DNA of 64,000 nucleotides from an uncultured Chitinophaga sp. (GTDB taxonomy: Bacteria; Bacteroidota; Bacteroidia; UKL13-3), in contig CAZJHS010000002.1 of the NCBI GenBank assembly GCA_964545895.1, forward strand, positions 28,735 to 92,734, given 5' to 3'. The stretch's first letter is position 1, and every line of letters begins with the position of its first letter. This document shows, piece after piece, positions 1 through 8,707 of the stretch. The notes under the pieces are model-generated. The model was not told the DNA's origin. It saw only the letters and a program-made list of their open reading frames with translations, and searched no databases. The translations under genes were made by a program, and so were the position numbers.

Positions 1-934
1 ATTGTGCCGTATAATTTAGCACCATCCCATAAAAATCACTATACGAATCGGTAGGCGTTGTGTCAAATATATGCTTAGAAACTACAAACAAATCGCCAAT
101 GTAATTTCGCGATAAAATAGTGTGTGGGCTCCAATCTGGTTTGAAATAAGGATTGATAGATTGTGCTGGAATGGTTGCATCAAAAAAGTCGTTATCAGAG
201 TAGCAGAAATCAGTGTTAGGCTGCTTGTTTATTTCGTTTACAAACTGATACAAACAATCATCGCGCAACATGCAGTTTAACTTGGTAAACAGCGCATACT
301 CACAAATAAGTTCAAATTTTGTTTGCTTGTTTACAATGCTGTATCTAAAATCATCTTTCACCACTTTATCTAACATGTAAGTCATTTTATCCGAAGGCGA
401 CTCCACAACAAAACTTACAAAAAAGTGCTTATATATTTGATTTTGAATGGCGTTTAAAAATCCGTTTAAATGCTTAAAGTTACTTGGATTAACAACAACA
501 AATAACTGAATGTGGGGTTGTATTTTAAAGTTGGCAATATTTTGTGCCATAGATTCCAAATCGCTCTCGCGGGGAAAGTTTTTCAGCTTGTATGATTCGT
601 AATTAACTACATCATCATTTTTTGAGAAGCCTATTAAGGTATTTACTTTACCAAACACTAAACCAAAAAGTTGCTTAAAAAACTTGGCTATTAAAAACAA
701 CCCTGGTTTTGAAAACAAGAAAAACAAACGTTGGATAAATCGCCAATTATTACCTTTTAAATAGCTATCGCTGGTTAATATAAGCTTGGTTTTAGTAAGG
801 AAAAGATACATTTTCCAGTACGTACTACTCTCAATCTCCTTAATCCGCTCTTCGTAATTTTTAACAGCATTTAAAAGGGCAGAGTACTCTTCCTTTTGCA
901 AATTATTTTTGGGTAGTGTATGTTTTTTCTTCAT
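1..934 (-). CDS. Glycosyltransferase (GT2-like), N-terminal part; 3' end runs off the window edge
   Basis: Absent from the ORF track because it is open at base 1. My translation from ATG 934..932 reads MKKKHTLPKNNLQKEEYSALLNAVKNYEERIKEIE... and continues without a stop to ...FCYSDNDFFDATIPAQSINPYFKPDWSPHTILSRNYIGDLFVV. I checked the frame at 178..121. The YSDxD...FKPDWSP...NYI pattern is typical of GT2 enzymes in ABC-transporter-dependent glycan loci. The gene lies 10 nt upstream of the Wzt-like gene. Confidence 0.6.
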   Translation of the reverse strand, partial: MKKKHTLPKNNLQKEEYSALLNAVKNYEERIKEIESSTYWKMYLFLTKTKLILTSDSYLKGNNWRFIQRLFFLFSKPGLFLIAKFFKQLFGLVFGKVNTLIGFSKNDDVVNYESYKLKNFPRESDLESMAQNIANFKIQPHIQLFVVVNPSNFKHLNGFLNAIQNQIYKHFFVSFVVESPSDKMTYMLDKVVKDDFRYSIVNKQTKFELICEYALFTKLNCMLRDDCLYQFVNEINKQPNTDFCYSDNDFFDATIPAQSINPYFKPDWSPHTILSRNYIGDLFVVSKHIFDTTPTDSYSDFYGMVLNYTAQ

Positions 935-943
935 CAATAACGC

Positions 944-1684
944 CTAAAATAATTGTGAATATTGTTTACCTACTTCGTCTATATCGCCAAAAAACTCAAT
1001 AGTACCATTATTAACCAAAGCCGCTTTGGTACACATATTTTTAGCCTCGGCAAAATTATGCGAAACAAATACAATGGTTGCACCTTTTGCTTTGATGTCT
1101 TCTACTTTTTTCAAGCACTTTTTCTGAAAACCAATGTCGCCCACCGAAAGTACTTCATCAATCAATAAAATATCGGGCTGTTTCATAATTGCAATGCTAA
1201 ACGCAAGTCTGGTCATCATACCAGTGCTGTATCGTTTTACTTGCCAATTTATGGCCTCACCTAATTCCGAAAACTCAACAATTTCTGGTAAGGCTTTTTT
1301 AATCTCGGCCTGAGACATGCCCATCAATGCACATGAAAGTTGCACATTTTCTAATCCGCTCAATTCATTCTCTAAACCCACACCTAAACCCAACAATGGA
1401 GCCACAATACCGTTTACTTCTACTTTGCCTTTTTCGGCTTCAATAATACCCGAAAGTACGCGCAGCAAAGTACTTTTACCCGAACCATTTTTACCCAACA
1501 AGGCAATGCTTTCGCCTTTCTTGATCTCTAGGTTTATTCCTTTTAAAACAAATTTTTTCTTTAAAAAACTATATCTACCTAAGTTAATTAAAAAGTCTTT
1601 TAACGAAATGAATCCATTTTCCTGCATATAAAAACAAACGTCTACGTCTGTTAATTTTATCATTACTTTATCGGTTGATATCAT
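944..1684 (-). CDS. ABC transporter ATP-binding protein, polysaccharide/O-antigen export type (Wzt/TagH-like)
   Basis: Walker A GKNGSGKST, signature-like YSTGMMTRLAF and Walker B ILLIDEVLSVGD are present. It overlaps the upstream permease gene by 4 nt. Confidence 0.85.
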   Translation of the reverse strand: MISTDKVMIKLTDVDVCFYMQENGFISLKDFLINLGRYSFLKKKFVLKGINLEIKKGESIALLGKNGSGKSTLLRVLSGIIEAEKGKVEVNGIVAPLLGLGVGLENELSGLENVQLSCALMGMSQAEIKKALPEIVEFSELGEAINWQVKRYSTGMMTRLAFSIAIMKQPDILLIDEVLSVGDIGFQKKCLKKVEDIKAKGATIVFVSHNFAEAKNMCTKAALVNNGTIEFFGDIDEVGKQYSQLF

Positions 1685-2475
1685 ATGTTGGAAATAAACC
1701 CCTTTCTGTATTTATTAAATACTATATAGCCTGCACCAAATGCCACCAATGCTAAAGCGGTACACATTAAAAAATTAATGCCATTGGGTTGCTTAAATCT
1801 GTAAAAAATATCGTGAAACGACTCCACGTAATAGTAAAAGGGATTAAACTTAAGTAAATACCTGGTTTCTTCTGGCAATAACTCGGGCGTGTAAGCTATT
1901 GGGGTAAAGTAAAAAAAGGCTGGAATAATGGTATTCCAAAGCAATTGTATATCTCTAAAAAACACATTAAGTGTACCCAATAACATGCCCACACCTAATA
2001 CAAAAATACTGGTTACAAGTATTAATGGAATTACAAATACTATGGTCCAGTTTAATTGAAAGTTTAAAAAGAACATGATGGCAAAAAATGGAATAAACGT
2101 AAGCAACAAATTAATTACTGCTGCTAATGCTGCCGATAAAGGGAAACTAAACGGGTGCAAATTAATGGACTTTAAAATAGAAGCATTATCGATAAAAGAA
2201 GATAAAACCTGTAAAATAGAAGCCGATATAAAATTCCAAAATATTAACCCACTTAGTGCATACAATGAAAAATTTTGAATGTGGTTTATTTCTTTAAATA
2301 CCACAGTAAGTATGAGTAAAAACAACAATGGATTAAGCATGCTCCAAAAAATTCCTAAGAAGGAGTTTTTATAGCGTAGTTTAATCGTTTTAATAGCAAT
2401 GTTTAGTACTGCGTTTCTAAATCCCTTATTTAATAGTGTTTTTTCCAAGTATAAAATTTTTACAAAAGTAGTCAA
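1681..2475 (-). CDS. ABC-2 type polysaccharide export permease (Wzm/TagG-like)
   Basis: 264 aa with about six hydrophobic segments. It is translationally coupled to the Wzt-like ATPase, the typical Wzm/Wzt arrangement. Confidence 0.8.
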   Translation of the reverse strand: MTTFVKILYLEKTLLNKGFRNAVLNIAIKTIKLRYKNSFLGIFWSMLNPLLFLLILTVVFKEINHIQNFSLYALSGLIFWNFISASILQVLSSFIDNASILKSINLHPFSFPLSAALAAVINLLLTFIPFFAIMFFLNFQLNWTIVFVIPLILVTSIFVLGVGMLLGTLNVFFRDIQLLWNTIIPAFFYFTPIAYTPELLPEETRYLLKFNPFYYYVESFHDIFYRFKQPNGINFLMCTALALVAFGAGYIVFNKYRKGFISNI

Positions 2476-2695
2476 TTAGCAAGCATTATCAAGCCAATTG
2501 GCTTAGTTTAACCCTACTTTTCAGCTACATACAATATTTGGCAAGGTGTAAGCTGTAGTAATGTGGTGGTTTAAAGTGCCGAATAATCAGTAATAACAAG
2601 CCCAAACAAGGATTAATACAAAATCGCTTTTTGTAAACCGAAAGGGTTTACTATTTTCGCATTTGGTATTTGCTACTACATGGTTAGTAGCAATT

Positions 2696-2772
2696 GGCCT
2701 CATAGTTCTACCGCAATGGCGGGAGGATAGAATAGTCCTGAAGGCTTTCGGGATTGATGTGGGTTCGATTCC
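2696..2772 (+). pseudogene. Degenerate tRNA-like copy (non-functional cloverleaf)
   Basis: It shares GGNCTCATAGTTC, GATAGAATAG and an identical 18-nt TGATGTGGGTTCGATTCC (variable region, T stem and T loop) with the tRNA 17 nt downstream. It differs in three ways. It carries a CCGC-AATG-GCGG hairpin insertion in the D loop. Its anticodon arm cannot form 5 bp plus a 7-nt loop. It has no 3' acceptor strand complementary to GGCCTCA. Confidence 0.5.
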
Positions 2773-2789
2773 AATTGTTCTTTATATTT

Positions 2790-2861
2790 GGTCTCATAGT
2801 TCAATGGATAGAATAGAAGTTTCCTAAACTTTTGATGTGGGTTCGATTCCCGCTGAGACTA
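2790..2861 (+). tRNA. tRNA-Arg (anticodon CCT)
   Basis: A 72-nt cloverleaf folded by hand. Acceptor GGTCTCA/TGAGACT (G1-U72 wobble). D stem GTTC/GAAT. Anticodon stem GAAGT/ACTTT with loop TTCCTAA. 4-nt variable region. T stem GTGGG/CCCGC with loop TTCGATT. Discriminator A, and no encoded CCA. Confidence 0.8.
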
Positions 2862-2917
2862 CAATTTACCCTCCTGTCGTTTTTTTACAAAACATAAAAC
2901 TAGCAAGTTAAATACGT

Positions 2918-3607
2918 ATGGAAAACCAAGAAAAGTTGCTGCTGTTGGCGCAAGAGCAAATTTGGGCACAAAAGTTTCATGATAGCATCAGGGGATTAAA
3001 AGAAGTAAGCGAGGTTTCTTATTTTATTGGAAACTGGGCCGGTAATTACACTTTCTTTTATTTACTAAGTCGTTTATTGCAAGAGTTTAAATTTGAGCGA
3101 ATTCTTGAATTGGGCTTAGGCGAATCGTCAAAATTTATTACCACCTTTTTAAAATCGCAGAATACTCCCGCACATTTTTGTCACGATATTTTTGAACAAA
3201 ACAAAGTATTTGCCGAACACTTTACTCATAAATGTAACCTGTGGCAAAACTCAAATATTACTATTGTTGATTTAATTGAGCAGGATATTTTAGGTAACAA
3301 AAACAAAGCATTTGATTTTGGTAAAATAACAATTAACGAATACGATTTTTACGTAATAGACGGACCAATTGGCTCACCAAATTATTCGAGGTTTGATGTG
3401 ATGAAACTAATGGAAAACAAACAACCTGGTAGCGAGTTTGTGGTTTTGTTTGATGATGTAAATCGTACGGGCGAAATGGATACCTTAAAATATTTGATGG
3501 GTTGGTTTAACGAAAAAGGCATTGCTGCCGATTACCAAATTTACCATGGCGAAAAAAGTGTAGCCGTAGTTACCACCCCACAATACAAGTGGGCCTTATC
3601 TTATTAA
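2918..3607 (+). CDS. Hypothetical protein, possible class I methyltransferase-fold protein of the glycan locus
   Basis: 229-aa ORF. ILELGLGESSKF resembles SAM-binding motif I and is followed by acidic strand ends (VIDGP, VLFDDV). This is motif-level evidence only. Confidence 0.4.
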   Translation: MENQEKLLLLAQEQIWAQKFHDSIRGLKEVSEVSYFIGNWAGNYTFFYLLSRLLQEFKFERILELGLGESSKFITTFLKSQNTPAHFCHDIFEQNKVFAEHFTHKCNLWQNSNITIVDLIEQDILGNKNKAFDFGKITINEYDFYVIDGPIGSPNYSRFDVMKLMENKQPGSEFVVLFDDVNRTGEMDTLKYLMGWFNEKGIAADYQIYHGEKSVAVVTTPQYKWALSY

Positions 3608-3620
3608 ACTGAGTTAATAA

Positions 3621-4541
3621 CTAACCCAATATTTTTTCTAAAAAACTTTTACGCTCAAGCTTGGTTAACCAAGTAGTATAAAATTCTTGCTCCTGCAATC
3701 CGTGATTTTTAAGGTAAATGCGAAGTTGCCAAGCAAAGGCTTGTTTAGCTTGGTTAAAAGGCTTGCGATACTTTTGTGCGTTTAAAAACACCAATAAATT
3801 ATGCATATCATCTTGTGCTATTAAGCGTAGCTTACAAAAATCGTTGTAGGTATTTTTAAGTTGAGGCAAAATAGTTAACCCTGCATGTTGATGTATGCAG
3901 TCGCGAATTTCAACAGCAAATTGCTCTTGCGAATCGTCTGTTTTGGGGTTTGTTGGCACATGATAAGAAACTACAGGAACTTGCATGTTGCAAAAAGTTA
4001 AGCCCAACTTTAAACAAGTAAACCAAAAATCATAATCTTGGGCACGCACATAATGCGGATTATACTTGGCCACCGTTCCCCAAAAATTGGGTCTGTTTTT
4101 AAGCATTACAGCAGGATTTGCCATTGGACTATTAATAAGCATATAAGCCGTAATCATATCATGATGCTGGTGCAAAGGCCAAGTGCTATCTGTATCGTTT
4201 ACTACAAACATAGCCGAGCAAATATCAACATGCTTGTTGGCATCCATAAACGCAACTTGTTGCTCAAACCTGGTAGGAAAAGATTTATCGTCACTATCAT
4301 TGTAGGCAATGTAGGGCGTAGTAATTTGGGGTAAAATAAAGTTTAGCACATCCGATTTTAACACAATATGCGCAGGCAAAATAACTACTTGGTAACTGCA
4401 TGTAATAACAGCATCAATGGGTTGATGGGTTAATATGATCCACTCCAAACCAGTAAAAGTTTGTTTATTCATACCTAACACGCATCTGCTAAATTGGGTT
4501 TCGTTTTGATGCAGGTATGTAACAACAGTTAGTTTTTTCAT
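3621..4541 (-). CDS. Glycosyltransferase family 2
   Basis: N-terminal beta-alpha-beta LTVVTYLHQNE and a DxD-type AYNDSDDKSFPTRFEQQVAFM. The length and layout are typical of GT2. Confidence 0.75.
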   Translation of the reverse strand: MKKLTVVTYLHQNETQFSRCVLGMNKQTFTGLEWIILTHQPIDAVITCSYQVVILPAHIVLKSDVLNFILPQITTPYIAYNDSDDKSFPTRFEQQVAFMDANKHVDICSAMFVVNDTDSTWPLHQHHDMITAYMLINSPMANPAVMLKNRPNFWGTVAKYNPHYVRAQDYDFWFTCLKLGLTFCNMQVPVVSYHVPTNPKTDDSQEQFAVEIRDCIHQHAGLTILPQLKNTYNDFCKLRLIAQDDMHNLLVFLNAQKYRKPFNQAKQAFAWQLRIYLKNHGLQEQEFYTTWLTKLERKSFLEKILG

Positions 4542-4779
4542 TGCCTAATACGACTTAAATGCCAACAAATTTTCGGTAGCAATCAAATGTAAAATAATTG
4601 TTTTACAAAATACTTACGGCACCCTTAGCAATTGGGGCGTGAATGAGTTTATGTATTACAGTGTCCGAATACAAGCAGAGATATCACTTAATCAAGCTGA
4701 AATAATTTCACGTGGTGTTGTCATTTTCAATTAGATTTTATTAATTAGTGTAATAATTATATCCCTTAAATTACTAACT

Positions 4780-5331
4780 ATGAATTTTATTAAAAATGTT
4801 TGCGGTGTTTTCTATTCAAAACCTAGCTCATTAAAATTAAGCCTCCTTTTTTCGATAATGCTATTTTTGTTTTCCTGTGGCAAAGACGGTAAGTCTGGTG
4901 ATGTTTATATCAGAATAACGAACGCATCAGGAATTTGCCCAATTACAGCTTATACAGATGACAACCCTGGCATACCCAATTCTTTTTACTTAAACACTTA
5001 TTATAAATGTAACTCCGGTACTTACCGCTACAGTTATATCGCTTGTCAGCAGTACTGGTATGGAACATACACAATCACAGCCGAAGATGGTAAAGACGGA
5101 GGTTTTTTTTCTAATGGAGACAATGGAAAAACCAAAAGATATACGTTACAATGTTGGGGATATTCAGAACCTGACTTTACCTACACTTTAGGTAAAACAA
5201 CTAATGGTTGGAAAAAATATCCTGATATTGTTACAACATACGCAGATGGAACAACCATTAGAGTTTCTCGTGAATGCAGACCACTTCTAAATGCAAACGA
5301 GGAAGTTAAAAACAATAAGTTGGCTAAGTAA
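4780..5331 (+). CDS. Hypothetical lipoprotein
   Basis: Signal peptide ending in the lipobox LFLFSCGKD. No recognisable catalytic motif. Confidence 0.6.
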   Translation: MNFIKNVCGVFYSKPSSLKLSLLFSIMLFLFSCGKDGKSGDVYIRITNASGICPITAYTDDNPGIPNSFYLNTYYKCNSGTYRYSYIACQQYWYGTYTITAEDGKDGGFFSNGDNGKTKRYTLQCWGYSEPDFTYTLGKTTNGWKKYPDIVTTYADGTTIRVSRECRPLLNANEEVKNNKLAK

Positions 5332-5343
5332 TAATTTTTTTAG

Positions 5344-5420
5344 AAACCGGCCGAGTAATCCGGTTTATGTGATACAAAACAACCCCACCAAGTTTTACTT
5401 AGTGGGGTTGTTTGTTTTGT
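5344..5420 (+). terminator. Two consecutive hairpins after the lipoprotein gene; the second is a strong intrinsic terminator
   Basis: First hairpin: AAACCGG(5344-5350)/CCGGTTT(5360-5366). Second hairpin: AAACAACCCCAC(5377-5388)/GTGGGGTTGTTT(5402-5413), followed by GTTTTGTT. Confidence 0.6.
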
Positions 5421-5543
5421 TCTTTACACTACATCATAACTCAAGTACTCAAGGTAATGGATGGGCAAGGTTGTTATGTATTGAGGAAGTCACAATCTGT
5501 TTTTTTTACAATTCTTTTATAAAAATATAATTACCTTTAGTTT

Positions 5544-7013
5544 ATGAAACGAACAAGCCTACTTCTAATGGGTTTACTTCTACAAATTTTGTTAGTAAAA
5601 GCTCAACCCTATTTTCCTTTTCCAAACAAAGGAATTACTTACTTTGGTGGTTATTTAAACTCCAATATACATTATGCATTAGCTCCTTTAGATAGCATTG
5701 TAGGTCAACAACCCAAGCAATACACCTTTGCTCCGGCTATTTTACCTGTGTATGATAATGAATCAAGTAAAGAATGTATTGCCAACGGATTAAACAGCAT
5801 ATTAGGAGCTAAAGTTGAAAACTATGGCGATACACTTTTTCAATTTTATAATTTCACTAACGCTTCAACTAAAATATATTTAAACACACCAATAGGCTAT
5901 AGTTGGGTGGCATATTACGACTCAAGTGTGAAGGCAACGTTTACACACGACACCACAAAGATTTGGATGGCAAATGGCATTCCAGACACGGCACAAGTAT
6001 TTAGTATTGTGGTTGAAAATTACGTTGATTTCGTAACGCCAATTGAATATAAACCCATGGTAATTGGCGCAAACACAGGACTCATTCAGTTCCCCATGTT
6101 TTATACGTTTCCTTACCCAACTAATTTGTTTGGCAACTTTGCTCCTTACGAGTTTAAAATATCACCACCACAAATACATAACATAACCTGGGATAGCATT
6201 TATAATTTTAATGTGGGCGATGAGTTTCATGTAATGTATAATAAATATTGGTACGACAGATTTACGCCAAACTCGTTAGAAACAGATACCTTTAAAACGG
6301 TTTACGAGATATTACAACGTAATCAACCCAACCCCGATTCGCTTTGCTACTTAACCAAACGCCTTTCATACCAAAACTCATTTAAAAATGGTGTGTATAC
6401 TCAAAAAGTAATTTCGGATACCGAGAGTATTGGTTACAAACGCTGGGAGCCATATGATATTGAACCTTCGTTATATGTGAAACATCCATATTTCTCTTAC
6501 ACCATTGCCAACGACCAACATGGATTATTTAAACTTAATCATATTCAGTTTATTGGTGATGGCAATGACTCGTGTATATATAATATATTTGATGCAGGAT
6601 ATTTCCCATCCAACAGATATTACAATGGACTTGGTGGACCCTACTTTGAACATAGCATTGATGGATCAACAGGATCTACAGGCCATGAAAGCTATCAATT
6701 AGTTTATTACCGTAAAGGCAACAAAAGCTTCGGAGTTCCAATTCCAAAAACGGTAGGAATAACTGAAAGTATGCAGCAAGCATTGGTAACAGTTTATCCC
6801 AATCCGGCTGCACAATTTGTATCAATAAACTTAGCTACACCAACACTTAATGCAGAGTTCAATTTGTATGATGCAATAGGTAAATTGGTACTTACACAAA
6901 AACTTGCTGAGCAAACCAACATGATTGGTTTAACGCATTTACAAAAGGGTATGTACTTTTATAGCATTATGCAAGGCGAAAAAGTAGCTACAGGTAAACT
7001 TATTAAAGAATAA
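5544..7013 (+). CDS. Secreted protein with T9SS C-terminal sorting domain
   Basis: N-terminal signal peptide (LLLQILLVKAQ). The C-terminus VTVYPNPAAQFVSINL...GMYFYSIMQGEKVATGKLIKE matches the type A T9SS CTD pattern. Confidence 0.8.
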   Translation: MKRTSLLLMGLLLQILLVKAQPYFPFPNKGITYFGGYLNSNIHYALAPLDSIVGQQPKQYTFAPAILPVYDNESSKECIANGLNSILGAKVENYGDTLFQFYNFTNASTKIYLNTPIGYSWVAYYDSSVKATFTHDTTKIWMANGIPDTAQVFSIVVENYVDFVTPIEYKPMVIGANTGLIQFPMFYTFPYPTNLFGNFAPYEFKISPPQIHNITWDSIYNFNVGDEFHVMYNKYWYDRFTPNSLETDTFKTVYEILQRNQPNPDSLCYLTKRLSYQNSFKNGVYTQKVISDTESIGYKRWEPYDIEPSLYVKHPYFSYTIANDQHGLFKLNHIQFIGDGNDSCIYNIFDAGYFPSNRYYNGLGGPYFEHSIDGSTGSTGHESYQLVYYRKGNKSFGVPIPKTVGITESMQQALVTVYPNPAAQFVSINLATPTLNAEFNLYDAIGKLVLTQKLAEQTNMIGLTHLQKGMYFYSIMQGEKVATGKLIKE

Positions 7014-7094
7014 AAGCCGTTCAGGTTGACTAATTTTTAGTTTACTATTATAGTTTGTTGTTCTGCATACGGAAGGCAGGGCCGCGTGAACGGA

Positions 7095-7640
7095 TTATTC
7101 CCGCTTTATTATTTCACCATCTTTATTGTAGTAAAGTTTCACAATTGGAATCAAACATGTAGTATCTTTATATTCAAATGCCACACCTGAAGGCTTTCCT
7201 GATAGATAGTTCATTAAATACCGTCTGTTACCCGATGAATAATAACCCACTGAAACACCTTCTTGTTTACCGTTGTTATATGTTTTAATAGATTCAAGGC
7301 TCCCGTCCTCATAAAAATAATAATTCACGCCAACTTTTAATCCATCTTTATAAAATTCTTGCGATTGAACACGACCATTCGGATAGAAATATAAACAGGA
7401 TCCTTCTAAAGATCCTTCCTTGAACCTAAGAATTTGATTAGGGATCGAGTCGCCATCATAATAACTAATATCAATATTTTGACTGCTTTTTTCTTTGCAA
7501 CAATAGAATGTAAGCACCATAGATGTTAATGCAATGTTTAACCAGTTCACGCGGACCTGTGGTCCGTGTGCCGTTAAAATTCCTTTTATAAAATACATCA
7601 AGCCTTGTTTCATATTTTCTAAAAATTTAGAGGTACCCAA
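7095..7640 (-). CDS. MORN-variant repeat protein (YwqK-like)
   Basis: Repeated G-x-x-x-G-x-x-x-Y-Y-x-x-G units, for example YFYPNGRVQSQEFYKDGLKVGVNYYFYEDGSLESIKTYNNGKQEGV. Confidence 0.6.
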   Translation of the reverse strand: MGTSKFLENMKQGLMYFIKGILTAHGPQVRVNWLNIALTSMVLTFYCCKEKSSQNIDISYYDGDSIPNQILRFKEGSLEGSCLYFYPNGRVQSQEFYKDGLKVGVNYYFYEDGSLESIKTYNNGKQEGVSVGYYSSGNRRYLMNYLSGKPSGVAFEYKDTTCLIPIVKLYYNKDGEIIKRE

Positions 7641-7870
7641 ATGTAAAAATTTTGTGCGAGTTTACTTCAACCCAATTTTGTTTTACTCCTATTTGTGGCT
7701 TAAAAAGGATTTGTATATGCATACAGCTACGTACAAATAAAACTAACGCAAACAGGGCCACAAAGTGTTCTGTATTTTTTAGAATTATATATATACTTGC
7801 AACCTGTATTTAGGTAACCTAAATAGGTTGTACTAAATACTACTTTAAACAATATTACTAACTACAATAC

Positions 7871-7903
7871 AAGGCGTTGCATTTTACATGTAACGCCTTT
7901 TTT
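7871..7903 (+). terminator. Orphan intrinsic terminator ending 5 nt before the trmB start codon
   Basis: AAGGCGTT(7871-7878)/AACGCCTT(7892-7899) followed by a T6 run. There is no plus-strand gene upstream of it. Confidence 0.6.
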
Positions 7904-7908
7904 ACCGC

Positions 7909-8646
7909 ATGGCTAAACAAAAACTAAAGCGATTTAAAGAATTTGCCGAATATCCGCACACCTTTGATTTTGCATACAACCTAAAAGGCAAATGGCACCA
8001 AGAAGTTTTTAAAAACAACAACCCCATTGTGCTTGAGTTAGGCTGCGGTAAAGGTGAATATACGGTTGCGCTGGCCCAGCAATTTCCGCACAAAAACTTT
8101 ATAGGCATTGATATAAAAAGCAACCGCATGTGGGTGGGTGCCAAAAAAGCGCTCGAAAATAACATGCACAATGTAGGCTTTATGCGCGCACTCATGCACC
8201 GCATTAACGAGCTATTTGATGCTGGCGAAGTAGATGAAATTTGGATTACTTTTCCCGATCCTTTTGTGCGCATACGCAGTGCAAAACACCGCTTAACGCA
8301 CACCCGCTTTTTGCGCCTATACCAACAAATTTTAAAACCTGATGGTATCATAAATTTTAAAACAGATAGTGATGAGTTGTTTGCATTTACCCAAAATATG
8401 CTCGAGCATTTAAACATCGCCCCAATTGTTACCGATTATGATGTACATGCCAACCCCCAAGCAGATCCTATGCTAAAAAATGTACGTACCTATTACGAAA
8501 ATTTATTTATGGGCAAGGGCAAAAAAATTAAGTTTACCCAATTTAAACTTAACCAACTAACCGAGGTAAGCGCAAAAGCTTTTGAAGATTGGTTTGAAAC
8601 CGAAAGGTTAAAATTGGTAGAACAAGGATTAAGCACCGGCATATAA
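7909..8646 (+). CDS. trmB: tRNA (guanine-N7)-methyltransferase
   Basis: SAM motif LELGCGKGEYTVALAQQFPHKNFIGIDIK and the TrmB-typical EIWITFPDPF...KHR block. Confidence 0.9.
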   Translation: MAKQKLKRFKEFAEYPHTFDFAYNLKGKWHQEVFKNNNPIVLELGCGKGEYTVALAQQFPHKNFIGIDIKSNRMWVGAKKALENNMHNVGFMRALMHRINELFDAGEVDEIWITFPDPFVRIRSAKHRLTHTRFLRLYQQILKPDGIINFKTDSDELFAFTQNMLEHLNIAPIVTDYDVHANPQADPMLKNVRTYYENLFMGKGKKIKFTQFKLNQLTEVSAKAFEDWFETERLKLVEQGLSTGI

Positions 8647-8707
8647 TTTCCTCATTTTCATGATAAACCTTAGGTTATTAAACAATTTGGTTAATTAACT
8701 TTGTACC

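Noticed and set aside
2691-2777. An alternative cloverleaf for the tRNA-like element, using CAATTGG/CCAATTG as the acceptor stem.
   Set aside because: With that acceptor the T loop would abut the 3' acceptor strand with no 3' T-stem. No canonical or class II/Sec-type fold could be completed.
5291-5530. A 79-aa plus-strand ORF between the lipoprotein gene and the T9SS cargo gene.
   Set aside because: It spans two terminator hairpins and an intergenic AT-rich stretch. Its sequence is low complexity, and it is not supported as coding.
7902-8417. A 171-aa minus-strand ORF overlapping trmB. Similar antisense ORFs occur at 12653..13045, 14840..15295, 45253..46134, 27959..28288 and elsewhere.
   Set aside because: Each lies fully inside a confidently identified gene on the other strand and has no recognisable motif. 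I consider them spurious shadow ORFs.
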